Both the position numbers and the translations under genes were made by a program. A model generated the notes under the pieces. It was not told the origin of the DNA and ran no database searches. It saw nothing but the letters and a program-made list of their open reading frames with translations. A stretch of DNA of 40,482 nucleotides from Archaeoglobi archaeon (GTDB taxonomy: Archaea; Halobacteriota; Archaeoglobi; Archaeoglobales; Archaeoglobaceae): contig QNUZ01000001.1 in the NCBI GenBank assembly GCA_004347865.1, forward strand, positions 1 through 40,482, written 5' to 3'. Shown here one piece after another: positions 18,929-27,849 of the stretch. The stretch's first letter is position 1. Each line of letters begins with the position of its first letter.

Positions 18929-19924
18929 TTAAAAATTATACGGTGGATATATTATTCCGTCTTCAGTGATTATTGCACTAACAAGGCTAAGAGGTGTGAA
19001 GTCGAACGCAGGGTTGTATACCTTAACATCTTTTGGCGCAAGAAGCCTGTTTCCACAGTATATCAGCTCTTCGCGACCCCTTTCCTCAATCACAACATCC
19101 TTTTCAGTTTTTGTAAGATCTAAAGTGCTTTTCGGGGCTGCAACGTAAAAGGGGACTCTGTGGTAACTTGCAGCGATTGCAAGTGTGAAAGTGCCTATTT
19201 TGTTGAAAACCCCGTCTTGCACGATTCGGTCCGCTCCCACAAATACCTTTTTAACCAACCTCTTTCGCATCAAAATCCCAACTGCGGCATCCGTTATCAG
19301 CGTTACATCGATTCCATCTTTCATAAGCTCGTAGCAGGTGAGCCTAGAGCCTTGGTTCAGCGGCCTCGTTTCGCAGGCGAAAACCTTTACCCTCTTTCCC
19401 TCTTCGACAGCTGACCTCACAATGCCCAGTGCAGTTCCCCAGTCTACCGTTGCCAGTCTCCCTGTGTTGCAGTATGTCAATATAGCATCGCCATCATCGA
19501 TAAGCTTTGCTCCAATCTTTCCAATCCTCTTATTCCTCTCTACGTCCTCTTCAGCAACCTTTTCTGCTTCTCTTAGGGCAATCTCTCTTACTTCATCGAT
19601 GCTATTTCCAGAAAGGGCTTTTTTTAGCACCCTTTCTACACCTACTGAAAGATTAACTGCAGTTGGTCTGGAAGAAGCAATCAACCTTGCTGAATTGATT
19701 AGATGTTCCTTCATTTCTTCTATACTTGAAAACTCTTTTTCGAATGATGCAAGAGCAACACCATAAGCCCCAGCTGCTTCAAGAGCAGGCGCACCACGAA
19801 TTGCGAGTTTTTTTATAGCCTCAATTAGCTCTTTAACCGTTCTACAAGCAATTATTTCTTCCTTCTCGGGCAGCTTTGTCTGGTCAATCAGCCAAATGCA
19901 TTCTTTCCAGAATATCGTTCGCAT
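18929..19924 (-). CDS. mtnA: Methylthioribose-1-phosphate isomerase family protein (aIF-2BI / MtnA type)
   Basis: N-terminal WLIDQTKLPEKEE...AIKKLAIRGAPALEAAGAYG and the eIF-2B alpha/beta/delta-like fold; 331 aa. Confidence 0.8.
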   Translation of the reverse strand: MRTIFWKECIWLIDQTKLPEKEEIIACRTVKELIEAIKKLAIRGAPALEAAGAYGVALASFEKEFSSIEEMKEHLINSARLIASSRPTAVNLSVGVERVLKKALSGNSIDEVREIALREAEKVAEEDVERNKRIGKIGAKLIDDGDAILTYCNTGRLATVDWGTALGIVRSAVEEGKRVKVFACETRPLNQGSRLTCYELMKDGIDVTLITDAAVGILMRKRLVKKVFVGADRIVQDGVFNKIGTFTLAIAASYHRVPFYVAAPKSTLDLTKTEKDVVIEERGREELIYCGNRLLAPKDVKVYNPAFDFTPLSLVSAIITEDGIIYPPYNF

Positions 19925-19995
19925 GATTATTGAAAAATGTTAGTTATTTATAAAACCTTTCATGCTAAAAGCTTTCGAGCCGAGCAAAGTGGAAT

Positions 19996-20844
19996 TTAGT
20001 ATATCTTCCTCTTATCACCAAAATGTGAGCAGAGGTGAACTGAGACGTGCTTTATCTGTGGAAATTTCTTCTTGAGTTCCTCGGTGAGATTTTCAATCAG
20101 CTCGTCTGCATCACCGACGCTCATGTTCTTTTCTACTGTTACATGCATATCCAAGTGAATTGAATTCTCATCCATATATAGAGCGAGCATGTCGTGCACA
20201 CCTTTAATTCCTTTGCTAATGCAGAACTTTTCAACTTCGCTGTAGAACTCCTCAGGTGGTGATAGGCCTATAACAAATCTTGCATTCTCAAAAAAGAGTC
20301 TTATCGAGTTAATAGCTATCAGTGTTGCTATTACGATCGTTGCGATCCCATCAAAGATGTTATGACCGAAGGAGATAGCAATAATGCCAAATATCGCTGC
20401 AAGCGTCGATAAGGAGTCGTTAAAACTCTCAAACATCACTGTTCTGTTTACGATCCCTTTGCTTCTCCAGTATAGAACGGTTGCAAGCAGCAGAAGACCA
20501 AGGACTAGCAGTTCTGAAAATAGAGCCACTTCTAGGTTTGGATAGCTTTTTACTGGGTTCAGAATTTTGTTAATCCCTTCTTTGAAAAGCTCAAAAGCTA
20601 AGACAGTTATGAACGCAACTGAGATTGCGAGTGAGGCGACGTTTTTTAGAAGACCGTGCCCCATCGGATGCAGCCGATCGGCCCTTCTTTCAGAAGCTTT
20701 TGATGCCGTGGCTAGGAGAATTAAGAGCACAATGTCAACGATGGAATGCAGGGCATCTGCAAGTACTGCCGTAACGCCAGAAAATGAATAGGCGACTAAT
20801 TTTATACTCAGTGTTAGAAAATAAATGGTCAGGATCGTCCTCAT
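19996..20844 (-). CDS. Cation diffusion facilitator (CDF) family metal efflux transporter
   Basis: Six N-terminal transmembrane helices with HSIVD and H/D-rich sites, plus a C-terminal cytoplasmic domain. 4-nt overlap with serB. Confidence 0.8.
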   Translation of the reverse strand: MRTILTIYFLTLSIKLVAYSFSGVTAVLADALHSIVDIVLLILLATASKASERRADRLHPMGHGLLKNVASLAISVAFITVLAFELFKEGINKILNPVKSYPNLEVALFSELLVLGLLLLATVLYWRSKGIVNRTVMFESFNDSLSTLAAIFGIIAISFGHNIFDGIATIVIATLIAINSIRLFFENARFVIGLSPPEEFYSEVEKFCISKGIKGVHDMLALYMDENSIHLDMHVTVEKNMSVGDADELIENLTEELKKKFPQIKHVSVHLCSHFGDKRKIY

Positions 20845-22001
20845 AATCTTTTCGTGAATTCTGAGGGTAGTTTTAGAACACTTGCAAGGCCTATCAGGTT
20901 GCTTTTAGAGATGCTTCCATCTGCGATCTCTTTAAGAACTTCTTTGGCATTGAAAGCTATGCCAAGCCCAGCCTTTTCGATCATGATCCTGTCATTCGCA
21001 CCATCACCGACTGCGACGACGTTTTCAATCTTTATTTCTTCCTTTTTGGCGATTTCTTCAACAATTCTAGCCTTTTCTTCTGCGTCAATTATTCTCCCAA
21101 CAACTCTTCCGGTAAGCTTTCCATCCACTATTTCGAGCTCGTTTCCAAACGCGTAGTCTATTCCTAACTCTTCTTTGATTTTATTCGTAAAATATGTAAA
21201 GCTTCCGCTTACAACCGCTATTTTGTATCCGGCTCTTTTTAATGCTGAAATGAGCTCTTTTGCCCCTTCTGTAAATTCTATTCTTGAATAGATCCTTTCT
21301 AGTACTTCTACCGGGAGACCTTTTAGAAGCTTCACTCTCTCCTGTAGTGCTTCTTTGAAACTCATCTCCCCATTCATTGCTCTTCGGGTAAGCTCTTTTA
21401 CCTCTCTCTCAACGCCCGCCTCTTTTGCAAGTTCGTCGATGATCTCCGCCTCTATCAGCGTAGAGTCTAAATCGAATACAATAAGCCTTTTCTCCTTCGA
21501 TGCTATCTGATAATCCTGAATAACTATGTCAAGGCCAAGTTTCTCCCCCTCTTTCAAAAGCTCCCTTCTAAGCTTCGTGATATCTGCATTGCCAATATCA
21601 ACTAGAAATTCGATTGAGATAAGCTTGTCTCTTGCGGTTAAGCTTGTTCTCTCGATATTTATACCGAAATTTAGCAATACACCCGTGATATCTCTCACGA
21701 TTCCGATTCGGTCTTTTCCTAGGACGTTGATCACGTACAATTTTTTCTCTTTTGCCTTTTTTCTATCGAACGAACTCAAGGCTATCTTTACTCCAAATTC
21801 CTCCATTAGCTTCTGCATTTTTTTCTCGACACAATCTAAATCTCCCGCTTCTGCAACTATGAACATTGCAAAGATCCCCTGCAAAACAGTCTGTTCTATA
21901 TCGACTATATTGGCATTACAGCTGGCCAGAACCTTTGAAACTGCATGAACAAGTCCCGGTCTGTCCTCTCCATGAACGGAAATGGCGATTAACACATTCA
22001 A
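20841..22001 (-). CDS. serB: Phosphoserine phosphatase with two N-terminal ACT domains
   Basis: ACT-like repeats (VHGEDRPGLVHAVS..., VLGKDRIGIVRDIT...) followed by a HAD core FDLDSTLIEAE...GDGANDR. Confidence 0.85.
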   Translation of the reverse strand: MNVLIAISVHGEDRPGLVHAVSKVLASCNANIVDIEQTVLQGIFAMFIVAEAGDLDCVEKKMQKLMEEFGVKIALSSFDRKKAKEKKLYVINVLGKDRIGIVRDITGVLLNFGINIERTSLTARDKLISIEFLVDIGNADITKLRRELLKEGEKLGLDIVIQDYQIASKEKRLIVFDLDSTLIEAEIIDELAKEAGVEREVKELTRRAMNGEMSFKEALQERVKLLKGLPVEVLERIYSRIEFTEGAKELISALKRAGYKIAVVSGSFTYFTNKIKEELGIDYAFGNELEIVDGKLTGRVVGRIIDAEEKARIVEEIAKKEEIKIENVVAVGDGANDRIMIEKAGLGIAFNAKEVLKEIADGSISKSNLIGLASVLKLPSEFTKRL

Positions 22002-22002
22002 A

Positions 22003-22587
22003 TTAGCCTTCGATTTTTAAGAGTATTGCGAAAAATCTATTGATCTCGTAAAGCGGGGCTTTTGCCTTTCCAATTCCGCCGCAACCAACCGTTGGACTTA
22101 TCAAACCGGAACCTTTCAACTCCGAGATTAAAGAGCCTGGCTCCTTATCGTGCTTAATAGCAATTTCTACAATGTCTTCCCCGCATACAATCAGGTTTTT
22201 GGCTTTTTCAACAACTTCTTTAAAGATCTCGATGAACTCTCCTGGATTGTCTTCGCCTATTGCTCTGAAATATTCTTCAATTGCCTTTCTCCAGTCCCTT
22301 CCTAATTTGAAATAGTAACGCACAATGTACGGGATCTCCATGTCTGAACCGAATTGTCTCGCAACCCAGGCAAGGGAATCGTTTATACCTTTTAATGGAA
22401 CTGCAAGCTTCAGAAATTCCAGTTTTAGCGCCGTTTCATAATCTATCTCTTTCATTGGGATTTTTCCTGAATCAGAGTATTTTTCTAACAAAGAAAGGAG
22501 ATTTTCATCTAAAAAACTTGTGCCTAGTCCATTACCATCAGTGCGTGGTATGGGCATACCTTCACGCATGCGAGGCATCCTATACAC
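22003..22587 (-). CDS. Hypothetical protein (no family recognised); start uncertain
   Basis: Long ORF packed between the ferredoxin gene and serB. The listed GTG start overlaps the ferredoxin ORF by 64 nt. Internal candidates are ATG 22557, TTG 22491 and ATG 22455. Confidence 0.5.
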   Translation of the reverse strand: MYRMPRMREGMPIPRTDGNGLGTSFLDENLLSLLEKYSDSGKIPMKEIDYETALKLEFLKLAVPLKGINDSLAWVARQFGSDMEIPYIVRYYFKLGRDWRKAIEEYFRAIGEDNPGEFIEIFKEVVEKAKNLIVCGEDIVEIAIKHDKEPGSLISELKGSGLISPTVGCGGIGKAKAPLYEINRFFAILLKIEG

Positions 22588-22700
22588 TTTTCAGGGTCTA
22601 TTTTTACAACCTTTCCGCCCTCCCTTATTATCGCATTTGGCACAGGACAGACCCTATCGCAACTCCCACAGCCCTTACAGCCGAGTACCGCGATCTGCAA
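22524..22700 (-). CDS. Small 2x[4Fe-4S] ferredoxin-like protein (not in the ORF track; 58 aa, TTG start)
   Basis: Hand translation of the - strand gives (M)QIAVLGCKGCGSCDRVCPVPNAIIREGGKVVKIDPEKCIGCLACVKVCPYHALMVMD*. It has two complete CxxCxxCxxxCP cluster motifs. Confidence 0.7.
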   Translation of the reverse strand: MQIAVLGCKGCGSCDRVCPVPNAIIREGGKVVKIDPEKCIGCLACVKVCPYHALMVMD

Positions 22701-23043
22701 GAAAATCCCTCAGAAAATTCCTCACTTTTTCGCAAAAAATGTTCATGGCGGTCTCAATTTCCTTCGCTACAAATTCTTTTGGTACGGCTTTATAAACAAA
22801 ATAGTATCCACCCGCCGGCAGTACCCTTTTCTCTCTGTAGATCAGCCCGGCCAGTAAAAGTCTCTGAATAGAACGGTAAACCGAATTCTCCTTTTTGCCT
22901 AGAGCTGAACTGAGCTCGTCTATTCTTTCAAATCCGCTTAGAATTGCCTCATAAACCCTTAGGTCTTCCGAATTCAAGCCAAAAAAACATTCAAACATGC
23001 TTTTGCAGTCGTTTAAATTTGAGATCGGCTTCAGAGATATCAT
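22675..23043 (-). CDS. Winged-helix transcriptional regulator (TrmB/ArsR-like)
   Basis: This is the C-terminal 122 aa of the listed 199-aa ORF (MISLKP...LRVYEAILSGFERIDELSSALGKKENSVYRSIQRLLLAGLIYREK). ATG 23043 overlaps the thioredoxin stop as ATGA. The upstream extension overlaps trx in another frame and is rejected. Confidence 0.7.
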   Translation of the reverse strand: MISLKPISNLNDCKSMFECFFGLNSEDLRVYEAILSGFERIDELSSALGKKENSVYRSIQRLLLAGLIYREKRVLPAGGYYFVYKAVPKEFVAKEIETAMNIFCEKVRNFLRDFLADRGTRL

Positions 23044-23366
23044 ATACCTAGTGCTTTCTCTATCTCTGCCCTCACCATGCTTTCTGGCATCGCACCTACA
23101 AACCCACCGACAATTTCGCCTTTTCTGAAAAAGAGTACTGTGGGAATGCTTGATATTCCGTACTCGAACGCTAGTTCTTGGTTTTCGTCGACGTTGACCT
23201 TGTAGAACTCTACATCTGGAAACTCCTTTGAAAGCTTTTCGAGCACTGGGCTGAGATACCTGCACGGCATGCACCAGTCGGCGTAGAAGTCAACAACAAC
23301 AAGCTTATCCCCCCTAATCACGCTCATGAATTCTCTCTCGTCGATCTTTTTCATTCCGATCACCAA
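23040..23366 (-). CDS. trxA: Thioredoxin
   Basis: 108 aa with a WCMPC active site and the Trx fold pattern (VVDFYADWCMPCR...IPTVLFFRKGE). Confidence 0.9.
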   Translation of the reverse strand: MVIGMKKIDEREFMSVIRGDKLVVVDFYADWCMPCRYLSPVLEKLSKEFPDVEFYKVNVDENQELAFEYGISSIPTVLFFRKGEIVGGFVGAMPESMVRAEIEKALGI

Positions 23367-23423
23367 ATTAGAGTAACCTTAGGGCTTTATAAGTCTTCAT
23401 CGGTTTTTCCAAAACCGTAAAAA

Positions 23424-24539
23424 TCAGTCGGAGTATATCGAAACAACATCGCCATCACAGAGAACGTGATCCAGTCCTACCCTCTGACCTTCAAATCTGA
23501 CAGATTTTCCCCAGACCCTTGCATAACGGAATTTTTCAACGAAGTCTCTGTGCAGTTTCCTACAAACATCCTCAACCCTCGCGCCTCTTCTCAAAACCAT
23601 CGGTTTTTCAGAAACCTTCTCACCCGGTGGCTTCAGATATATGTTTACGAAGTCGAGCTTTCTGTAGATCTCCTCTTTCAGCCTCTCGAGGTTTATCCCC
23701 TTCTCTGCGGAGATCTTGATACCTTCAAAATCGACATCCATAAGGTCGATTTTGTTCACAACCGTAACTGAGGGTATGTAGACGCGGTTTCCGGCCAAAA
23801 CGTCTATGAGCCTTTCAACACTTACATCCTCTCGAAATAGCACTTCGGCGTTGTGGATTCTGTATTCTTTCATGATCTCTGCAATCGTTTTCTCATCCAC
23901 GGACAGCGGAACAGTGGAGCTGACCTTTATACCTCCTCGTTCTTTTCTTTTAATAACAATTTCCGGTGGCTTCTGATCCAGCCTTATTCCACCTTCGTAG
24001 AGCTCTTTTTTGACGATATCTATCGTTTCAAGTCGGAAAACGTCAGCAACGATCACGATAAGGTCTGCAATCCTTACAGCGGAAATTACTTCTTTACCTC
24101 TCCCTCTACCGCTTGCAGCGCCCTCAACGATTCCGGGCATGTCTATTATCTGAATTACCGCATGTTTGTACTCCAGAATACCCGGCACGGGTTTTTTTGT
24201 CGTGAAATCGTAGTCTGCAACTTCACTTTTTGCTCCGGTCAGAGCATTCAAAAGCGTCGATTTGCCTACCGAGGGATAGCCGACTAGGGCAACGGTCGCA
24301 TCCCCCTCTTTTTTTATCGAAATCGTCTGTCTTGCACTTTTTGCCCTTTCTTTTTCGAGCTCTTCCCGAAGCCTTGCAAGTTTGGCCTTTAGCCTTCCAA
24401 CATGATGCTCTGTTGCCTTGTTGTAGGGAGTTCTTTTTATCTCCTCTTCGAGCTCCCTTATTTGTGATGCTAGATCCACAGGAGTATTACAGTTTATAGA
24501 ATTAAAAAAGTTCCTCAATGGTCCGTTCCAGTCAAGCAT
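23424..24539 (-). CDS. Developmentally regulated GTP-binding protein (DRG/Rbg family, OBG-like GTPase with TGS domain)
   Basis: G1 GYPSVGKSTLLN, G3 DMPG, G4 NKID and a C-terminal TGS-like segment; 371 aa. Confidence 0.85.
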   Translation of the reverse strand: MLDWNGPLRNFFNSINCNTPVDLASQIRELEEEIKRTPYNKATEHHVGRLKAKLARLREELEKERAKSARQTISIKKEGDATVALVGYPSVGKSTLLNALTGAKSEVADYDFTTKKPVPGILEYKHAVIQIIDMPGIVEGAASGRGRGKEVISAVRIADLIVIVADVFRLETIDIVKKELYEGGIRLDQKPPEIVIKRKERGGIKVSSTVPLSVDEKTIAEIMKEYRIHNAEVLFREDVSVERLIDVLAGNRVYIPSVTVVNKIDLMDVDFEGIKISAEKGINLERLKEEIYRKLDFVNIYLKPPGEKVSEKPMVLRRGARVEDVCRKLHRDFVEKFRYARVWGKSVRFEGQRVGLDHVLCDGDVVSIYSD

Positions 24540-24595
24540 AAACTTTCATTCCCTCTCCCCCTCTCTGGATTCATCATCCATTTCGGCCGTCATGG

Positions 24596-24654
24596 GGGAG
24601 CTTCCGGGTTGAGCGGATGAAGACCTCGTTTCCCTTGGGATGCATTAAACCCTT
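24596..24654 (-). repeat. Diverged fragment related to the A/B/C repeat family
   Basis: The - strand has aagggtttaatgcatccc (compare A aagggtgcaaagcatccc) followed by ccggaagctccc, identical to a 12-mer in copy A. An extra 29-nt segment lies between them. It sits in a 460-bp gene-free gap. Confidence 0.4.
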
Positions 24655-24998
24655 AACTTAAGCTCGATCCTCCAAATGGCCTCAGGGCCCTTCAGATATT
24701 CTTGTCTCCCCTCTGTCCTCAGCTAAGCTCCACTACGCTTGTTCTCTTAATCTTGTCCCTCTCCATGGTTTTCGTGCCTCCCAGAGAGCATGAGACAAAT
24801 ACAGGAGGAATTCAATGCCAGCATCCTTAAGGTTTGCATTCCAGGGCACTCCAAAGCTGGGATTACAGTCATAATAGGCTTTTCTATCATCCACGCCCTG
24901 AGGGACGAGGCTTTCAGTTGTAACCGAACACTTAAGGTCCCCACTCTTTGGAACAGCTATAGGTAGAAGATTTTTTAAATCTTGCTTGAACTTCCCGT

Positions 24999-26441
24999 AT
25001 GGAGGATGTTTTGAAGAAGATTACAGATTACAAATGGGAGCTCAGTAAGGATTATAAGAAGGGAATGAGGGTTCCCGCTTACTTCTACATAAGCAGGAAA
25101 TTGATGAAGGATCTCGAGAAGGATGCCGTCGAACAGGCTGCAAACGTTGCGACGATGCCGGGAATAAGATTAGCATCGCTAGTTATGCCCGACGTCCATG
25201 TTGGGTATGGTTTCCCGATAGGAGGGGTTGCGGGCTTTGACATTGAAGAGGGAGTTATATCTCCCGGAGGAGTTGGTTTCGATATAAACTGTGGTGTCAG
25301 GCTGCTTAGAAGTAATCTGAAGGTTGAAGAAGTGAAATCGAAAATAAAGGAGTTGATAGACACACTCTTTATTGCCGTCCCATCTGGAGTTGGCAGCGAG
25401 GGCAAGATAACGCTTAATGACAGGGAACTTGACGAAATTTTCGTTTCTGGGGCGAGATGGGCATTTGAAAACGGTTACGGTACAGAAAAGGACTTGGAAA
25501 GATGCGAAGAAAACGGAGCGATGCCAGGCGCCAGACCTGAAGTTGTAAGCAAAAGAGCAAGAGAAAGGGGCAGAACTCAGCTTGGCACTCTGGGTAGTGG
25601 TAACCACTTCTTAGAAGTTCAGTACGTCGAAAAAGTTTACAATCCTGAAGTTGCCAGAGTATTTGGACTTGAGGAGGGCACAGTAACAGTTATGATTCAT
25701 TGTGGGAGCCGTGGTCTGGGGCATCAGGTTTGCACGGATTTTTTGGAGGTGCTAGACAGAGCTGTGAAAAAATACAACATATCTTTGCCCGATAAGCAAC
25801 TTGCCTGTGCCCCAATAAAGAGCAAGGAAGGCGAAGATTACTATGCAGGAATGGCTGCAAGCGCCAACTTTGCGTGGTGCAACAGACAGATAATAGCCCA
25901 CTGGGTTAGAGAAAGCTTCAAAAAGGTTTTCAAGATGGGCGAGGATGATCTAGGCCTTGAAGTCGTTTACGATGTTGCTCATAACATTGCAAAGTTTGAG
26001 GAGCATCAAGTGAACGGTAAGAAAGTTAAGGTTTGCGTTCATAGAAAGGGCGCTACTAGAGCTTTTTCAGCCGGGAGAAATGAAGTACCCGCAGTTTATC
26101 GGAATGTTGGCCAGCCGGTTTTGATTCCGGGTAGTATGGGGACACCCAGCTACGTACTTGTCGGTACTCAGAGAGCGATGGAGGAAACCTTCGGAAGCAC
26201 TTGCCACGGAAGTGGGAGAGTTATGAGCAGAGCTGAAGCGAAGAGAAAGCTAAGAGATGGTATCGTTAAGCAGAATTTGGAAAAGAAGGGCATTTATGTG
26301 CGTTCAGCGGAAAAAGGATTGCTAGCAGAAGAAGCACCGGAGGCTTATAAAATAAGCGACGACGTCGTTGATGTAGTGCATCGTGCAGGAATATCGACAT
26401 TGGTCGCTAAGCTTGTTCCGCTAGGTGTAACCAAAGGATAG
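24999..26441 (+). CDS. rtcB: RNA-splicing ligase RtcB
   Basis: 480 aa with the RtcB metal/GMP-site motifs (GFDINCGVR, GSGNHF, HCGSRGLGH, HGSGR). No intein. Confidence 0.92.
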   Translation: MEDVLKKITDYKWELSKDYKKGMRVPAYFYISRKLMKDLEKDAVEQAANVATMPGIRLASLVMPDVHVGYGFPIGGVAGFDIEEGVISPGGVGFDINCGVRLLRSNLKVEEVKSKIKELIDTLFIAVPSGVGSEGKITLNDRELDEIFVSGARWAFENGYGTEKDLERCEENGAMPGARPEVVSKRARERGRTQLGTLGSGNHFLEVQYVEKVYNPEVARVFGLEEGTVTVMIHCGSRGLGHQVCTDFLEVLDRAVKKYNISLPDKQLACAPIKSKEGEDYYAGMAASANFAWCNRQIIAHWVRESFKKVFKMGEDDLGLEVVYDVAHNIAKFEEHQVNGKKVKVCVHRKGATRAFSAGRNEVPAVYRNVGQPVLIPGSMGTPSYVLVGTQRAMEETFGSTCHGSGRVMSRAEAKRKLRDGIVKQNLEKKGIYVRSAEKGLLAEEAPEAYKISDDVVDVVHRAGISTLVAKLVPLGVTKG

Positions 26442-26524
26442 TATAATATTGTACTATAAAATAAATATTTTCTTCCAATCTAGAATTAAATGGAATGTTA
26501 AGCCTGGAGCGCCAAACTAGCAAG

Positions 26525-27835
26525 CTATGGAGAGACCCTCGTTCGATCTCTTGGGAAAAGCATGGCCTCTCTAATGTTGCTCAGATTTAGCATAGCCATC
26601 ACGAATCTTTCGAGTCCTAATCCCCAGCCGGCGTGCGGCGGCATTCCGTATCGGAAGGCTTTGAGATAGAACTCGAAGCTTTCGGGCCGCAATCCTTTAG
26701 CCTTTATACTTTCCACAAGCTTTTGGTATCTGTGCTCTCTCTGTGCACCGCTGGCAAGTTCTATGTAGCCATACATAAGATCAAAGCTCTTGCATATCTT
26801 TTCGTCTTCAAAGGGCATCACGTAGAAGGGTTTTATCTTTGTGGGCCACTCTGTTATGAAGTAGAAGCCACCCAGTTCTGCTCCGATCGTCTTTAAAGCT
26901 TGCAAGTCTAAATCCTCGCCCCAGGGAATTTCCTGGGATTTTCTCGCAATCTCTATCGCCGAAGTATAGGTTATCCTCGGGAATGGTATCTCGGGGACTT
27001 CGAGCTTTAGTTCGAGAATATTAAGGAATTTTTCGCAATTTTGGATGACATCCTCGTAAACCTTTGCTACGAGTCTTTCCAGAAGCTTCATAACACCCTC
27101 ATGATCCGTGAAACTCATCTCTATATCCACAGAAGTTGCCTCGTTTAGATGTCTTGTTGTATTGTGCTCTTCTGCCCTAAAAATCGGCCCTATCTCGAGA
27201 ACTCTCTCAAAACCCGCTGACATCAGAATCTGCTTGTAAAGTTGCGGGCTCTGGTTTAGAAAAGCCTCCTTTTCAAAATAACTTATCGGAAACAGCTCTG
27301 TTCCTCCTTCAGTCGCTGTGGAGACGATCTTTGGAGTTTGAACCTCAATGAAACCTTCAGAGTAAAGAAAATCCCTGATGCTCTTGACAATCTGACTTTT
27401 AATTCTGAAAATGGCCTGAATTTTTGGCCTTCTCAGATCCATGAATCTGTTGTCAAGCCTCGTGTCTAGTTCTGCGGGCACCTTTTCGGTTACCTCCAAA
27501 GGCAGTGGTGCTGAACTTTCGTTTAAAATTTCGAATTTCTTCGGGATTATCTCAAAACCGTTAGGGGCCTTATCCTCTTTTTTAACTGTCCCCTCCACCA
27601 TTATGACGCTCTCCCTGCTGACTTTTCTCGCTTTCCTGAAGGTCTCGGGATCAACGACTTTTTTGGGTAGGGTAATCTGAATGAACCCCTCTCTGTCTCT
27701 CAGAACTATGAAAACTAGCCCTCCAAGGTCTCTAACCTCGTGAACCCAGCCCGCAACAACGACTTGCTCTCCATCCTTCTCTGGTGTAATCTCTGTCGAC
27801 CGCATAAAGGAAAGAATGTTGTCAGTTTTTAACAC
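26525..27835 (-). CDS. aspS: Aspartyl-tRNA synthetase (archaeal type)
   Basis: OB-fold N-terminus ([23 protein letters not shown]) and class II motifs ([21 protein letters not shown]). The likely start is ATG 27805 (MRSTEITP). Confidence 0.9.
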   Translation of the reverse strand: MLKTDNILSFMRSTEITPEKDGEQVVVAGWVHEVRDLGGLVFIVLRDREGFIQITLPKKVVDPETFRKARKVSRESVIMVEGTVKKEDKAPNGFEIIPKKFEILNESSAPLPLEVTEKVPAELDTRLDNRFMDLRRPKIQAIFRIKSQIVKSIRDFLYSEGFIEVQTPKIVSTATEGGTELFPISYFEKEAFLNQSPQLYKQILMSAGFERVLEIGPIFRAEEHNTTRHLNEATSVDIEMSFTDHEGVMKLLERLVAKVYEDVIQNCEKFLNILELKLEVPEIPFPRITYTSAIEIARKSQEIPWGEDLDLQALKTIGAELGGFYFITEWPTKIKPFYVMPFEDEKICKSFDLMYGYIELASGAQREHRYQKLVESIKAKGLRPESFEFYLKAFRYGMPPHAGWGLGLERFVMAMLNLSNIREAMLFPRDRTRVSP

Positions 27836-27849
27836 TATCGTAATTTAAC

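Noticed and set aside
18690-18969. Listed ORFs 18690..18926 (-) and 18715..18969 (+), and likewise 6269..6532 (-) and 6439..6651 (-), as possible protein genes.
   Set aside because: They lie on the repeat copies, but the open frames are not the same between copies: there is a stop after 16 codons in B, and the antisense frames differ. The sense ATG sits directly after the TATA-like box, so it would not be in the transcript. One of these ORFs also runs across the C/D sRNA.
23044-23274. N-terminal 77-aa extension of the listed 199-aa ORF 22675..23274.
   Set aside because: It overlaps the thioredoxin gene in another frame and is Arg/Cys-rich and low-complexity. An internal ATG at 23043 gives a clean ATGA coupling and a complete winged-helix protein.
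23380-23423. The hairpin cggtttt-gga-aaaaccg after the drg stop resembles the IS left-end hairpin (acggtt..aaccgt); considered as an IS relic.
   Set aside because: Only the short stem is similar, with no further IS-like sequence around it. It is more simply a terminator-like hairpin between drg and the trx promoter.
24571-24577. A perfect C-box (AUGAUGA on the - strand) just upstream of drg, as a possible second C/D sRNA.
   Set aside because: No CUGA D' or D box lies at the required spacing downstream. The sequence runs into the drg ribosome-binding region and start codon.
24747-24944. 65-aa ORF in the drg-rtcB gap.
   Set aside because: No recognisable motif, no ribosome-binding site, and its composition looks like translated non-coding sequence.
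24540-24998. SRP (7S) RNA or RNase P RNA in the long drg-rtcB gap.
   Set aside because: On either strand I could find no CR-I motif, no SRP helix-8 or Alu-domain consensus, and not the GC richness expected for such RNAs in a hyperthermophile.
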